Notes: generated by a model from the letters alone, not told the origin. 64,000 bases of DNA from Bacteroidota bacterium (GCA_013288555.1 JABDBQ010000002.1:51313-115312), one strand, 5' to 3'. Shown: positions 28,602-40,030, counted from the first letter of the stretch. Made by a program: numbers and translations.

Positions 28602-29990
28602 ATGAATTACGATCTTATCATTATAGGCAGCGGTCCCGGCGGGTATGTCGCAGCCATCAGGGCCTCACAACTGGGTTTGAAAGTTGCTATTGTGGAACGC
28701 GAATCGCTGGGCGGCATCTGCCTCAACTGGGGTTGTATCCCAACCAAAGCTTTGCTCAAATCAGCACAGGTTTTTGAATATATCAACCATGCCAAAGACT
28801 ACGGTATCAATGTCACTGAATACAGTGCCGATTTCGGGGCTATCGTGCAGCGTTCCCGCGGGGTGGCTGACGGCATGAGCAAGGGCGTGGCCTTCCTGAT
28901 GAAGAAGAATAAAATTGATGTGATCATGGGCACGGCAAAGCTCACCAAAGATAAAAAAGTAGAAGTAACCGATGGCGCAGGTGCCAAACAAACCCTGGAA
29001 GCCAAAAGCATTATCCTGGCTACCGGCGCACGCAGCCGCGACCTGCCGAACATCAAAGCCGACGGCAAAAAGATAATAGGATACCGCGAAGCAATGGTAT
29101 TGCCGAACCAGCCCAAATCTATGGTTGTCATCGGTTCAGGAGCGATAGGTTCTGAGTTCGCTTATTTCTATAATGCCATTGGCACCAAAGTAACGTTGGT
29201 GGAATTTTTGCCGGATGTACTGCCAAGGGAAGATGAAGAAGTATCTAAACAAATGGCACGTTCTTTCAAGAAACAAGGCATCACGGTAATGACCGATTCT
29301 TCTGTAGAATCAGTAGATACCAAAGGGGATCTTTGTAAGGTATCTATCAAAACCAAAAAAGGCATCGAAGTGGTTGAATGTGAGATCGTTCTTTCGGCTA
29401 CAGGTATCATGCCGAATACAGAAAACTTAGGTCTTGAAGAACTCGGCATTAAAGTGGAAAGAGGCATTGTAACGACTGATGATTTTTACCGCACCAACGT
29501 GGAAGGCATCTATGCCATCGGCGATATCGTAAAAGGCCCGGCCCTGGCGCATGTGGCTTCTGCTGAAGGAATTATATGTGTTGAAAATATAGCGGGAATT
29601 AACCCGGAACCATTGGATTACGGCAACATTCCTTCCTGTACCTATTGCCAGCCGGAAGTGGCCTCTGTAGGCATGACCGAAAAGCAGGCCAAAGAAGCTG
29701 GCTATGAATTAAAGATCGGTAAGTTTCCATTCACCGCCTCCGGAAAAGCGAAAGCTGCCGGTACACCTGACGGATTTATCAAAGTGATCTTCGATGCGAA
29801 ATACGGCGAATGGCTGGGCGCACATTTTGTAGGCGCCGGCGTTACCGAACTCATTGCCGAAGCAGTGGTAGCACGCAAACTCGAAACCACAGGACATGAG
29901 ATCATCAAATCAGTTCACCCACACCCAACGATGAGCGAAGCCATCATGGAAGCAGCCGCCGCAGCGTACGGGGAAGTGATACACTTGTAA
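28602..29990 (+). CDS. lpdA: Dihydrolipoyl dehydrogenase
   Basis: N-terminal FAD motif IIGSGPGGY, redox disulfide GGICLNWGCIPTK, C-terminal interface domain. Start at MNYDLIIIG. Confidence 0.85.
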   Translation: MNYDLIIIGSGPGGYVAAIRASQLGLKVAIVERESLGGICLNWGCIPTKALLKSAQVFEYINHAKDYGINVTEYSADFGAIVQRSRGVADGMSKGVAFLMKKNKIDVIMGTAKLTKDKKVEVTDGAGAKQTLEAKSIILATGARSRDLPNIKADGKKIIGYREAMVLPNQPKSMVVIGSGAIGSEFAYFYNAIGTKVTLVEFLPDVLPREDEEVSKQMARSFKKQGITVMTDSSVESVDTKGDLCKVSIKTKKGIEVVECEIVLSATGIMPNTENLGLEELGIKVERGIVTTDDFYRTNVEGIYAIGDIVKGPALAHVASAEGIICVENIAGINPEPLDYGNIPSCTYCQPEVASVGMTEKQAKEAGYELKIGKFPFTASGKAKAAGTPDGFIKVIFDAKYGEWLGAHFVGAGVTELIAEAVVARKLETTGHEIIKSVHPHPTMSEAIMEAAAAAYGEVIHL

Positions 29991-30064
29991 GAGTGAGAAG
30001 TGAGAGGTAAGAAGTGAGAAGTGAGAAGTGGATTGAAAGTAGCTGTCATTTCGATCCCGAACGC
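29991..30064. repeat. (GTGAGAAG)n array followed by the 24-nt AGCTGTCATTTCGATCCCGAACGC dispersed repeat
   Basis: gagtgagaagtgagaggtaagaagtgagaagtgagaagtgg, then the 24-mer. This is an inverted copy of the arrangement at 24055-24205. Confidence 0.65.
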
Positions 30065-30243
30065 CCGGGAGAGAACCCGAAGGCTCAGCGAAGCTAAATC
30101 TGAATCAGGATTTTCATGATAAAAAGATTAACAGGATAACTCATTATTTTTGAGAATCTATAGTATCCTGAATATCCTAAAATTCTGCAAATCATGATTC
30201 AGAAAAAAGCTGGAGTAAATAATTTTTCCCTCGTTGCTATTTT

Positions 30244-30352
30244 CACCAACAAGAATTAACTCATACAAATATATTCCTATCTTTGAAAAAGATATTTTAC
30301 TTATATAGTATTGAAATGCTTTCGGTTAATAAGTTTTTGAGGATAAGTAGAC
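30244..30352. repeat. Direct repeat DR1 (about 109 bp, roughly 88% identical to 31116-31224), upstream of the small lipoprotein gene
   Basis: Starts tcaccaacaagaattaactc. Followed by a perfect 10-bp-stem hairpin cttgttggtg-acaa-caccaacaag at 30352-30375. Confidence 0.7.
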
Positions 30353-30395
30353 TTGTTGGTGACAACACCAACAAGGGCGGGAAATATTATTAAGT

Positions 30396-31040
30396 ATGGT
30401 AAAAAATGGGGTTTTATTTTGTGTCATTCTATTAATAATCTCATGTAAGCAAGGAGGTGATAACCGCAAAAAAATTGCTGAAAAGATTGGTAAAGATAAG
30501 ATAACCAATATAGGCGGCGGCAATGATAATCAAATCAATTTTATAACTAAAAACAGTATCGGACCACTTTATTTAGGAATGCAATTGAATGATGCTAAAA
30601 AACTCTTTTCTAAAGATTCAATCCAATTTGATACTGAATTGGGTTATTTAGTTTTAAGAAAAAATAAACCTTTAGTTGGCTTTTCAAGTAAATCTGGTAA
30701 TAAATTAACGGGGATTACTTCTTATTCTTCTCTTTATCATTTGGAGAATGGTATAAAAGTCGGTACAACATTGAAGAGTTTAAAAAGGGCATTCCCTAAA
30801 ATGAAACTACAGATAGATGCAATTGAGGGTGAAGAAGAATATTTCGAACCAGAAGAGTACCAAACCAATGATCAAAATGGAAATCCTTTAACCGTATTTC
30901 AAATATATGTAGGCTCAAGTAAGGAAAAAAGATTAGGCAAGTACCGTAACTTCTCTCCGGATGAAAAAACATCAAATTTTAGTTTAAACGGTGATATATA
31001 TAAAATTGAAATATATTGCTTTGACCAATGTGATAAATAA
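30396..31040 (+). CDS. Hypothetical lipoprotein (AT-rich gene)
   Basis: Lipoprotein-like N-terminus (LLIISCKQGG). Flanked by the 109-bp direct repeats. Confidence 0.55.
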   Translation: MVKNGVLFCVILLIISCKQGGDNRKKIAEKIGKDKITNIGGGNDNQINFITKNSIGPLYLGMQLNDAKKLFSKDSIQFDTELGYLVLRKNKPLVGFSSKSGNKLTGITSYSSLYHLENGIKVGTTLKSLKRAFPKMKLQIDAIEGEEEYFEPEEYQTNDQNGNPLTVFQIYVGSSKEKRLGKYRNFSPDEKTSNFSLNGDIYKIEIYCFDQCDK

Positions 31041-31115
31041 CAAAAGATTTTCAAGCTCTTTTTAATGTTGTTAGCAACAACCCATATGAGAATTTTCGCC
31101 TTTGTAAGCGTTGTC

Positions 31116-31224
31116 ACCAACAAGAATTAACTCGTTCAAATATAATCTTATCTTTGAAAAAGACATTTTCCTTATATAGTATTGAAATGCTTTTGTTTAA
31201 TAAGTTTTTGAAGATAAGTTGAAA
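31116..31224. repeat. Direct repeat DR2
   Basis: Preceded by the hairpin gttgttagcaacaac. It shares the caccaacaag start with DR1. Confidence 0.7.
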
Positions 31225-31269
31225 GCTACTCTTCCTAACGCCTAACCCCTGACTCCTAACCCCTGATTT

Positions 31270-31893
31270 TCACGCAAACTCCCCCTGCCCTGCTAAACTC
31301 AACCCTTCTTCCTGGCCTTCGAAATAGTTGAGCATTTTGATCATCGCCAGGCCGCGGTGACTGATCTTATTCTTTTCCTCAAGGCTCATTTCGGCAAAGG
31401 TTTTATCATAGCCTTCGGGTTGAAAGACAGGGTCATAGCCAAATCCGGAACTGCCATGTTTTTCTTTGGTAATGGTGCCATTTATCACGCCTTCAAACAA
31501 CCATTTTTTGCCATTGAAAATAAGATATATAACCGTACGAAAACATGCATTTCTGTTTTCTTTTCCTTCAAGGTTTTTGAGCAGCAGGTTCACATTGTCT
31601 TCAAAGCTTGCATTAGCACCCGCATACCTTGCGGAATAAACCCCGGGTTCACCGTTTAAAGCTTCCACTTCAAGGCCGGTATCGTCGGCAAAGCAATCGA
31701 ACCGGGTTTTGCTGAAAATGGTATATGCTTTCTGGAGGGCGTTGCGTTCAAGAGTTGTTCCCGTTTCGGGGATCTCTTTATCGTAGCCAATATCGTTAAG
31801 GCTTTTCAGTTCAATCCATCGCGGCATAAGTTCTTTGACTTCCGTCAATTTATGCTGGTTGTGCGTCGCGAACACAAGGGTATGTTTTGTCAT
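31270..31893 (-). CDS. Non-canonical purine NTP pyrophosphatase (RdgB/HAM1 family)
   Basis: N-terminus [11 protein letters not shown] and FGYDPVF motif. Confidence 0.75.
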   Translation of the reverse strand: MTKHTLVFATHNQHKLTEVKELMPRWIELKSLNDIGYDKEIPETGTTLERNALQKAYTIFSKTRFDCFADDTGLEVEALNGEPGVYSARYAGANASFEDNVNLLLKNLEGKENRNACFRTVIYLIFNGKKWLFEGVINGTITKEKHGSSGFGYDPVFQPEGYDKTFAEMSLEEKNKISHRGLAMIKMLNYFEGQEEGLSLAGQGEFA

Positions 31894-32456
31894 AATCCGT
31901 ATATTTCTTTAAGTCCCTGCCAAAGCAGTTTTTTCTTTCCAGGGTCGTTTGATATCTCAGTCAGTGAGGACGCACAAATTACTTTTTTGCCATTGCTATG
32001 GTTAATCCAGCCATCTGCTATTTTATCCGGAAGGTAACGGGTATCCACACCAAAAGCTATAACATTCTCAGAAGGAGATTGTTTCGCAATGGCAGTCCAA
32101 TTGGTTTCCCGGGGCAGGCTTGATGTATTCAGCCAGGAAAGATTTTCAAAATTCTGACCTGCTGCTTTTAATACCTGGTCAAGAAAAACTTTATCAGTAG
32201 ATGATAAGCTATCCTCACCAGGGTAATTGAACAATATGAGTGTGGATGAGGTTATTCCATTAAATTTTATAGGTAATGATTGGTAATCTGCCGTTTCTTC
32301 ATGAACAACATTCCCTTGTTTGGAATCGTGGTTTGACGGATATTTCTTTTCCCCGATCCGGTAAACCTGGTCACTGAACAGCTCCTTGAAGAACAGAATG
32401 TCGTGATTACTGATTTTTGTCATATTCGTTTTTGATATAATATTCGTATTTTGCAA
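31890..32456 (-). CDS. Hypothetical protein, co-oriented with the RdgB-like gene (4-nt overlap)
   Basis: ORF only. Its stop overlaps the downstream start. Confidence 0.45.
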   Translation of the reverse strand: MQNTNIISKTNMTKISNHDILFFKELFSDQVYRIGEKKYPSNHDSKQGNVVHEETADYQSLPIKFNGITSSTLILFNYPGEDSLSSTDKVFLDQVLKAAGQNFENLSWLNTSSLPRETNWTAIAKQSPSENVIAFGVDTRYLPDKIADGWINHSNGKKVICASSLTEISNDPGKKKLLWQGLKEIYGL

Positions 32457-32463
32457 TCTTAAT

Positions 32464-33540
32464 TTGTCTGCTGCTATGGTACTGAATTACGAAATTAAAA
32501 CAGAAAAGGTTAATAAATCCCGTCTGCCGGAAGTTGATTTTACCAATATTCCCTTTGGCAGGGTTTTTACAGACCACATGCTCGTTTCTGATTATATCAA
32601 TGGCGAATGGCAGGAGACGAATATTATGCCTTTCCAGGAATTGCGGCTGAGTCCGGCTACTACGGTATTGCATTATGGCCAGGAAATTTTTGAAGGTTTG
32701 AAAGCTTACCGCGATGCTGAAGGCAATGCCTATCTGTTCAGACCACATGAAAATTTCAGGCGGTTTAATATCTCAGCTGACCGGATGGTGATGCCACAGA
32801 TACCTAAGGAAATATTTATGGATGGGCTCCGGGAACTGGTAACCCTTGACCGCGGCTGGATACCGGATACAGAAGGAGGATCGCTTTATATCCGTCCATT
32901 TATGATTGCTACAGATGATTATGTAGGCATCAGGCCGTCAAACAATTACAAGTTTATCATTTTTTGCTGCCCGGTGAATGCCTATTATGCCGAACCCATA
33001 AAAGTGAAGATTGAACAGGAGTACGTTCGTGCCGCAAAAGGCGGCATTGGCGAAGCAAAAACTGGTGGCAATTATGCCGCTTCTTTATATGCAGCCAGTC
33101 GCGCCCAGAAAGATGGATACCAGCAGGTGCTTTGGACAGATGCAGCAGAGCATAAATGGATTCAGGAATCGGGTACGATGAATGTATTTTTTGTGATCGG
33201 TGATAAAGTGATTACGCCTAACCTTGATGGGGGAATCCTACAAGGCGTAACCCGCGATTCTGTACTCCGTCTGTTGCGTGACAACGAATATAAAATAGAA
33301 GAGCGTCCGATATCCGTAGATGAAGTTGTAGAAGCATATCATGCCGGAGAATTGAAAGAAGTGTTCGGAGCCGGTACGGCAGCCGTTATCGCTTATATCA
33401 GCGCCATCGGTCATCTTGAAGATGATATGGTGCTGCCGCCCGTAGAAGAATGGGAAGTTGCCAACTGGCTTCAGAAAACGATGAGAGGTATTAAGAATTT
33501 TACTGTTCCGGATAAATATGGCTGGATGATAAAAGCGTAA
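32464..33540 (+). CDS. ilvE: Branched-chain amino acid aminotransferase (class IV)
   Basis: 358 aa. Class-IV aminotransferase blocks (FTDHML..EWQ; EAKTGGNY; GTAAV). Confidence 0.8.
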   Translation: MSAAMVLNYEIKTEKVNKSRLPEVDFTNIPFGRVFTDHMLVSDYINGEWQETNIMPFQELRLSPATTVLHYGQEIFEGLKAYRDAEGNAYLFRPHENFRRFNISADRMVMPQIPKEIFMDGLRELVTLDRGWIPDTEGGSLYIRPFMIATDDYVGIRPSNNYKFIIFCCPVNAYYAEPIKVKIEQEYVRAAKGGIGEAKTGGNYAASLYAASRAQKDGYQQVLWTDAAEHKWIQESGTMNVFFVIGDKVITPNLDGGILQGVTRDSVLRLLRDNEYKIEERPISVDEVVEAYHAGELKEVFGAGTAAVIAYISAIGHLEDDMVLPPVEEWEVANWLQKTMRGIKNFTVPDKYGWMIKA

Positions 33541-33722
33541 TATTTTATCCTGGTTTGAGTATTGCTTATTGGCATCTTTAAAAACCAACCGCTTACCTTC
33601 TCCTTAAGGAGAAGGACTAAGGATGAGGCGATAAAAAGAGTTTTTCAAGATGCCACGATGTTTTTAATGGAATTGGGAACTAAATTGCATGGTTTTTGCG
33701 CGGATTCTTTTAAAAAATAACC

Positions 33723-34217
33723 ATGAAGCCTAATCTCATATTTATTTCCTTAGTTCTTATGACGTTATTATCTGCTTCCTGCAGTCGCCAGATGACGAAC
33801 CTGAAATCAACATCACAACTTCAGACGGCATCTGTATTTGGATCAAAACCAGCGACAGGAACTATTATTAATATCAACCACGAAGTTATTATAGATCACG
33901 CATTTACACCTGTTAACGAAACTCCGGTTTCAGAAACAAAGAGATCTGCCGTTTTTGCCAGGATGCATATTCCTGAATTTGCAAAAAAGGAGGCAGGAAA
34001 AGTCATAATGATAGCAACAGGTAAATCTGGCAACCCGGTTCTTTCGCCAACACATATTGCTGACAGAGGTTATCCCCAGATTAATAAAGCCGGCTTTATC
34101 CTTATCGCAGGAGGCCTTTTGGGATTTCTATTACACCTTATCGCGGTTGCCTGTATTGTATTGATCGTTCTGGGCCTGGTTATCCTCATATCGCCACTGT
34201 TCCGAAAGCGTTATTAG
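33723..34217 (+). CDS. Hypothetical lipoprotein with a C-terminal TM helix
   Basis: Signal/lipobox-like SASCSRQ and a C-terminal hydrophobic stretch. Confidence 0.45.
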   Translation: MKPNLIFISLVLMTLLSASCSRQMTNLKSTSQLQTASVFGSKPATGTIININHEVIIDHAFTPVNETPVSETKRSAVFARMHIPEFAKKEAGKVIMIATGKSGNPVLSPTHIADRGYPQINKAGFILIAGGLLGFLLHLIAVACIVLIVLGLVILISPLFRKRY

Positions 34218-34230
34218 CCCTCTTCTGATT

Positions 34231-34773
34231 TTACTTCTCCTCGATCAGGTATATTTTGTTATCTTCAACCAGGTATAGCATAGGCGCTACCTGTATTCCG
34301 GGATATTCCAGCCGAAGTCTTTTTGTTTCACTTAAAACAAAATCGATCTCATTATGGATCTCAAACATCGGCTCAAAGCGCATGAACTGTGCCTCTGCAC
34401 GACCACGATCCCAACCGGCCTGATCTACAAGTCCCTGGATAAAAATTTCTTTTCGGTCTATCAGGTTCACCATGCCGCAATTGTTATGTCCGATAACAGC
34501 GATATGTTTTAAATGCCCTACTGAAATGGCATAAGAAACTTTAAACTCACTATACCTCAGGTTGGCACCGCCCGAGCGAATGATGAATGCAAAATTGTCC
34601 GGTATATGCAAATGTTTGCGGTTGTCCATACACATCCCGATAAGCAATTTTGCGCTGCTGTATGCGTCAAGCGGCCTTATTTCATTGTGGTACTCCAGGA
34701 GTAGTCCGATTGGTGTATCGCGATATTCCTGAGGGATATCTGAGGCTGTATCAATATTTATAAGTCTGTCCAT
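34231..34773 (-). CDS. Beta-class carbonic anhydrase-like protein
   Basis: C-x-D-x-R (CMDNR) and G-H-x-x-C-G (GHNNCG) zinc-ligand pattern. Confidence 0.5.
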   Translation of the reverse strand: MDRLINIDTASDIPQEYRDTPIGLLLEYHNEIRPLDAYSSAKLLIGMCMDNRKHLHIPDNFAFIIRSGGANLRYSEFKVSYAISVGHLKHIAVIGHNNCGMVNLIDRKEIFIQGLVDQAGWDRGRAEAQFMRFEPMFEIHNEIDFVLSETKRLRLEYPGIQVAPMLYLVEDNKIYLIEEK

Positions 34774-34982
34774 TCGATAAGGGTTTCAATTTGCAAACAT
34801 GCAAAAGTACTAAACCGAAGCAACTCCGGCCAAAGTTTGGTATAAGTTTTATTTCGACATATTCACATTAACTTGCCATAAGGCTTGAGAAATAGCCTGA
34901 AATCCATTTCACAGTACGATTGTTATCAAAATACTAATTCAGGCCAAATACATACCTTTGACACCCTAAACGCATTAAAGAC

Positions 34983-35228
34983 ATGTGGGAAGAAAAAGAT
35001 AACAGTCTTCACAAAACTTTTGAGTTCAAAAATTTTTCTGAAGCTTTCGGCTGGATGGCACGTGTTGCCCTCGCTGCTGAAAAAATGAACCATCACCCAG
35101 AATGGACCAATGTTTATAACCGGGTGGATGTAAAACTATATTCTCATGACGCGGGTGATATCGTTACCGAACGCGATCATAAACTGGCCACAATAATGGA
35201 TAAACTAGCAGGAGAGACCAATTCATGA
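34983..35228 (+). CDS. Pterin-4a-carbinolamine dehydratase
   Basis: 81 aa with EKMNHHPEW motif. Confidence 0.75.
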   Translation: MWEEKDNSLHKTFEFKNFSEAFGWMARVALAAEKMNHHPEWTNVYNRVDVKLYSHDAGDIVTERDHKLATIMDKLAGETNS

Positions 35229-36469
35229 TGGAAAACCAGCATATTATTACCCTGGCCAATGGAATAAGGATTGTCCATATGCAGGTAAAACATTCTGAGA
35301 TTGTGCATTGTGGCTTTATGATTAATGTAGGCAGCAGAGATGAAAATGCTGACAATAATGGTGTTGCGCACTTTATAGAACATACCGTTTTCAAAGGCAC
35401 CTCCAAACGCAAATCACATCATATCCTCAGGCGGATAGAAAATGTAGGCGGTGAACTCAATGCCTATACCACCCGCGAAAAAACCTGCTATTATGCTTCA
35501 AGCCTCAAACAATATGCCGCAAGATCAGTTGACTTACTAGCCGATATTACTTTCAATTCCATATTTCCTGAAAAAGAAATCGGAAAGGAAAAGAAGGTGA
35601 TCCTGGAAGAAATTGATATGTATGAAGACAGTCCTGACGAAAGTATATATGATGAGTTTTACACATATATTTTTGAGGGCCATCCACTGGGATACAATAT
35701 TTTAGGGGATAAAAATACGGTGAATGCCCTGAACCGGGTAAAAATACTTGATTTTATAAAAGCCCATTATACTGCTGATAAACTGCTTCTTACAATCGTT
35801 GGCGACCTGAGCAAAGCAGAAGCTGAAAACCTTGGAAAAAGATTCGTTGAAAAAATGAATATTCCCCTCGCGGATGACAGCAAGAGAGCCGTCCCTATTA
35901 TGCAGCCGCGTTTTGCAATAAGTAAAGAAAAAGATTTTGCCCAGTCGCACGTTATCATAGGTAGTAGGGCCTATTCGAGTCATGATTCAAGGAGATTCGG
36001 GTTGTCGCTCATCAATAATATCCTGGGTGCAGGCGGCATGAGTGCCCGACTCAACATGGAAGTGCGCGAAAAAAATGCGTTGGTATATAATATCGGCACC
36101 CATTATTCCACTTACCAGGATGCAGGGGTTTTTACCATTTACTTCGGCGCTGATGATAAAAATGTGAAACGATGTATGGATATTGTTTACCGGGAGCTGA
36201 AAAAAATGCGGGACATCAAATTGACTGATAAACAGCTGAAACAGGCCAAGATACAGCTCGTCGGGCAGATGGCCCAGATCGTTGAAAACAACAGCATGCA
36301 TGCCCAGCACCAGGCAAGAAGTGTCCTCGATTATGGTGAGATTATCGGTTTCAAAGATTACATCAAAGAAATAGAAAAAATTTCAGCCTCTGAATTGATG
36401 GAAATAAGCAACGAAGTTTTTGCCCCGGAACGCGTTTCGAGCCTCGTATATGAACAGGAAAAAAGCTAA
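35225..36469 (+). CDS. M16-family (pitrilysin/insulinase-like) zinc peptidase
   Basis: Inverted zincin motif HFIEH..E. Overlaps the preceding gene by 4 nt. Confidence 0.8.
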   Translation: MMENQHIITLANGIRIVHMQVKHSEIVHCGFMINVGSRDENADNNGVAHFIEHTVFKGTSKRKSHHILRRIENVGGELNAYTTREKTCYYASSLKQYAARSVDLLADITFNSIFPEKEIGKEKKVILEEIDMYEDSPDESIYDEFYTYIFEGHPLGYNILGDKNTVNALNRVKILDFIKAHYTADKLLLTIVGDLSKAEAENLGKRFVEKMNIPLADDSKRAVPIMQPRFAISKEKDFAQSHVIIGSRAYSSHDSRRFGLSLINNILGAGGMSARLNMEVREKNALVYNIGTHYSTYQDAGVFTIYFGADDKNVKRCMDIVYRELKKMRDIKLTDKQLKQAKIQLVGQMAQIVENNSMHAQHQARSVLDYGEIIGFKDYIKEIEKISASELMEISNEVFAPERVSSLVYEQEKS

Positions 36470-36562
36470 ATTTCGAAACGAAAAAAATCGAAGGTAGTTG
36501 ACTTTTAAAAAGTCGGCGATTTTAAGTAAAATGAAATAACCCTTAATTAATAAAATAATACC

Positions 36563-37198
36563 ATGGAATTTTTACCGGAAAAACTGGAAGCCTATGTTGA
36601 GGCCCATACACGCGACGAAGGACAAGTACTAAAAGATCTTGATCGGGAAACATATCAAAAAGTGTTGTCACCCAGGATGTTATCAGGGCATGTGCAGGGA
36701 CAGGTTTTGCGTATGTTATCAATCATGATAAAACCGGAAACCATTCTTGAAATCGGAACATTTACCGGTTATTCAGCCATTTGCCTTGCCGAGGGGCTTA
36801 ACGAGAACGGGGCCCTGCACACTATTGATATTAATAAGGAATTGCAAAACATGACCTCATATTATTTTGAAAAATCCGGATTGTCAGAAAAGATCAAATA
36901 TCATATTGGCAATGCATTGGAAATTATCCCTACCATGGATCTTTTTTTTGACCTTGTCTTTATTGATGCCGATAAAGAAAATTACAGCAATTATTTTGAC
37001 CTTGTAATAAACAAAGTTCGGACGGGCGGATACATTATTGCAGATAATGTTTTGTGGAGCGGAAAAGTGGTAGAAGCAAACCCGGATGAAGAAACCCGCT
37101 CGATAATGGCCTTTAATGATAAGGTACAGGCCGACAGTCGGGTCGAAAATGTGTTATTACCTGTGAGAGACGGGCTTATGGTAATGCGAAAACTGTAA
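36563..37198 (+). CDS. Class I SAM-dependent O-methyltransferase (caffeoyl-CoA OMT-like family 3)
   Basis: ILEIGTFTGYSAI SAM-binding motif, 211 aa. Confidence 0.75.
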   Translation: MEFLPEKLEAYVEAHTRDEGQVLKDLDRETYQKVLSPRMLSGHVQGQVLRMLSIMIKPETILEIGTFTGYSAICLAEGLNENGALHTIDINKELQNMTSYYFEKSGLSEKIKYHIGNALEIIPTMDLFFDLVFIDADKENYSNYFDLVINKVRTGGYIIADNVLWSGKVVEANPDEETRSIMAFNDKVQADSRVENVLLPVRDGLMVMRKL

Positions 37199-37206
37199 AA
37201 TTCTGG

Positions 37207-38805
37207 ATGAAGATTAGGTATTCCGTCATATTAGTATCCTTGCTTTTGCTCTTGAGCTCCCGCGCATTTGCAATTCCGAAGGACACAATAATGACTCCTG
37301 AACAATATATCCAAAAATATAAGGACCTGGCTGTTGAAGAAATGAATCGCACCGGAATCCCCGCAAGCATTACGCTCGCGCAAGGGTTGTTTGAAAGTGG
37401 TAATGGCAACAGCTTTCTTGCAAAGCCTCCATACAACAATCACTTTGGTATTAAATGCAAAAACGACTGGACCGGCAGAAGCGTGAAAGTGGATGATGAT
37501 GAGCTCCAGGAATGTTTCAGGGCCTATGACCGTGCCGAAGATTCCTATATGGATCATTCCAATTTCCTCACCTGTCAGCCCAGGTATGCCGGGCTATTTA
37601 AATTGGATCCTACCGACTATAAATCATGGGCTTACGGACTCAAAGCGGCAGGTTATGCAACCAATCCAAAATACCCTGAAAAGCTGATCGAAAAAATAGA
37701 AAAATACAATCTCTACCAATACGATATTGGCAATAAGCGCGTTCCACTGGTTCCAGAAAATAACAAGCCAGAAGTAAAGATTCCTTTATCACTTAAAGAA
37801 ACTGACAATTCTTTTACATTCAGAAATATTCCGGCTTATGTGGTGAGGCCTGGAGATGATTATCAGACAATAGCAAACGATCATGACATGATGCGCTGGG
37901 AGATCCGTAAATACAATGATCTGAAAATGGGTGAAGTTCTGAAGCCCAATACCATCATCTACCTGAAACCGAAACACCGCAAAGGAAAGCAACCAACCCG
38001 GGAAGTGAAAGAAGGAGAAGGCATGTATTATATCTCACAGGATGAAGGAATTAAACTGCGACTGCTCTATAAATTGAACCAGATGAAAGAAGGCGAGGAA
38101 CCGGCCCCAGGGGCGATACTTAATCTTCAGAAAAAGCGAGAAACTCCACTAGAATTATTGGCGCTTGGCACTATTGTTCCGCGTAAAGGAGTAATGCTGA
38201 TACAGGAACCTGAAACAGGACCAAAGCCCAACTTCGAAAACAAATGTTTGCCTCCGAAAGATTCTGATACGGTAAGTTCGTCTAAGCAAAAAACGATCAA
38301 TAATAACTTTAACGAGGCAAGGGATTCCAATCTAACTTTTACTCCTTCAAAACATAAAATAAAGAAGGATACAGTTGTGAAAATGATGCATACGGAACCG
38401 ACTTATCCTGTTATTGATGGAACAGATTCTAATGGCAGGTTTCATATCGCTCAAAAAGGGGAAACGATATATGGCATCGCCAAAAACAATGGTTTGCGCT
38501 ATGATTCTTTGATCAAATGGAACCAGGTAATGGGTCATATTTCCGAAGGACAGAGAATTTATCTCCTGAAACCAAAGAATTTTATGAAGCCTACATATAT
38601 TCTTGATAACAAACAAGATCAACCGTATATTAAACAGAATACTGGCTCAACAGATAGTTCCGGTAATTTTTATATCGTAAACAAAGGGGATACTTTATAT
38701 TCGATTTCCAAAAAATTAAATGTGACCGTTCAGCAGCTTATCGATTGGAATGGCTTGAAGGACAATAGTATATCTACTGGACAAAAACTGAAAGTTGGGA
38801 TGTAA
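37207..38805 (+). CDS. Glucosaminidase (GH73-like) with three LysM domains; peptidoglycan hydrolase
   Basis: Signal peptide. N-terminal glucosaminidase-like region (ITLAQGLFESGNGNS). Three LysM-like segments (YVVRPGDDYQTIA.., HIAQKGETIYGIA.., YIVNKGDTLYSIS..). Confidence 0.7.
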   Translation: MKIRYSVILVSLLLLLSSRAFAIPKDTIMTPEQYIQKYKDLAVEEMNRTGIPASITLAQGLFESGNGNSFLAKPPYNNHFGIKCKNDWTGRSVKVDDDELQECFRAYDRAEDSYMDHSNFLTCQPRYAGLFKLDPTDYKSWAYGLKAAGYATNPKYPEKLIEKIEKYNLYQYDIGNKRVPLVPENNKPEVKIPLSLKETDNSFTFRNIPAYVVRPGDDYQTIANDHDMMRWEIRKYNDLKMGEVLKPNTIIYLKPKHRKGKQPTREVKEGEGMYYISQDEGIKLRLLYKLNQMKEGEEPAPGAILNLQKKRETPLELLALGTIVPRKGVMLIQEPETGPKPNFENKCLPPKDSDTVSSSKQKTINNNFNEARDSNLTFTPSKHKIKKDTVVKMMHTEPTYPVIDGTDSNGRFHIAQKGETIYGIAKNNGLRYDSLIKWNQVMGHISEGQRIYLLKPKNFMKPTYILDNKQDQPYIKQNTGSTDSSGNFYIVNKGDTLYSISKKLNVTVQQLIDWNGLKDNSISTGQKLKVGM

Positions 38806-38879
38806 TTGCATCATCGAATGATCATAACCAATATCTTTGGCGAATGATTTGACAATTTAATTTAATTAATTTTGACAAG

Positions 38880-39923
38880 ATGCTTCTGATTATGCATTGG
38901 AAATACACAATTGTCATAGGTTTTTTATTTACATACACAGGCACCACTAATGGGCAGAGCATCAAATTCGTAAGCCCCATTGGCGGCATCTATCTGCAGG
39001 ATTATTTCATATACCATTATGTTGATCATGGAAAGTTTGATGGAGATCCCAAAGACTCGTATTGCGGCCATAAAACACAAAAAGACCATGAAGGGACAGA
39101 TTATATGCTAAAAAGCTTCCCTCAAATGGACAGCCTGGTACCTGTGTATGCAGTTGCCGCTGGAAAAGTATATTTTACTGTGGATTCATTATATGACAGA
39201 AATACATGGAACAGCGAATATAAACGTGTTAGCGGGGACTTTGGCTATAATCTGAAATGGTCAGCAACAAAATATGGGAACCATGTAGTTATCAATCATA
39301 AAGACAGTCTCTTTACATTGTATGCTGGGTTGAAGAGATATTCGGTAACTGTGAAGCCCGGAGACAGTGTGCGGTCAGGAGAAGTTATCGCATATGTTGG
39401 CAGCAGTGGTTATTCAAATGGGCCTCATTTACATTTTGAGGTCAGGGACAAATACAAAAACAACGATGTTGTTGACCCTTTTTCAGGACCATGTGGAAGT
39501 TCTAAAAGCATATGGGTCAATCAACCGGCTTATGACACAGCCATCAGGGTTATGGAGTCGGGATTTGTACCTTATGCGCCAAAACATTCTGATTCCCTGT
39601 CAGAACGCATATCTGTAAAATCTAATTTTGATGAACATCAACCTTATATCACCCATTGGGTTTTAATTTCAGGGCTTCATAAAAATGACATGCTTCGTAC
39701 CGAATGGTATCAACCTGATCTTACACTATGGTCAAGTTTTCAAATGATCATCAAACAGGACGAATGGTATAATTATTATTGGTCTTGGACCCGGAACCCG
39801 CTTCTGAAAGATTATTATGGCGACGGCTGGATATGTGCAGTTTTTGTAAACAATAAGCTGATTCTTAAAGACAAATTAAATATCAGGAAACCGAAAAAAC
39901 GTCCGCGCAATACTGACCATTGA
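38880..39923 (+). CDS. M23-family metallopeptidase
   Basis: HxxxD-like and HLHFEV (HxH) motifs. An alternative start lies at 38892. Confidence 0.7.
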   Translation: MLLIMHWKYTIVIGFLFTYTGTTNGQSIKFVSPIGGIYLQDYFIYHYVDHGKFDGDPKDSYCGHKTQKDHEGTDYMLKSFPQMDSLVPVYAVAAGKVYFTVDSLYDRNTWNSEYKRVSGDFGYNLKWSATKYGNHVVINHKDSLFTLYAGLKRYSVTVKPGDSVRSGEVIAYVGSSGYSNGPHLHFEVRDKYKNNDVVDPFSGPCGSSKSIWVNQPAYDTAIRVMESGFVPYAPKHSDSLSERISVKSNFDEHQPYITHWVLISGLHKNDMLRTEWYQPDLTLWSSFQMIIKQDEWYNYYWSWTRNPLLKDYYGDGWICAVFVNNKLILKDKLNIRKPKKRPRNTDH

Positions 39924-40030
39924 TAAACACTTGTGATATCCCATTTCATCTTCCTCAAAAAAAATATTTCCATTCCGGAACTTAGTGGCACTACTTTTGT
40001 TAACAGTGTTAGATAACTTATTCAACCCCG

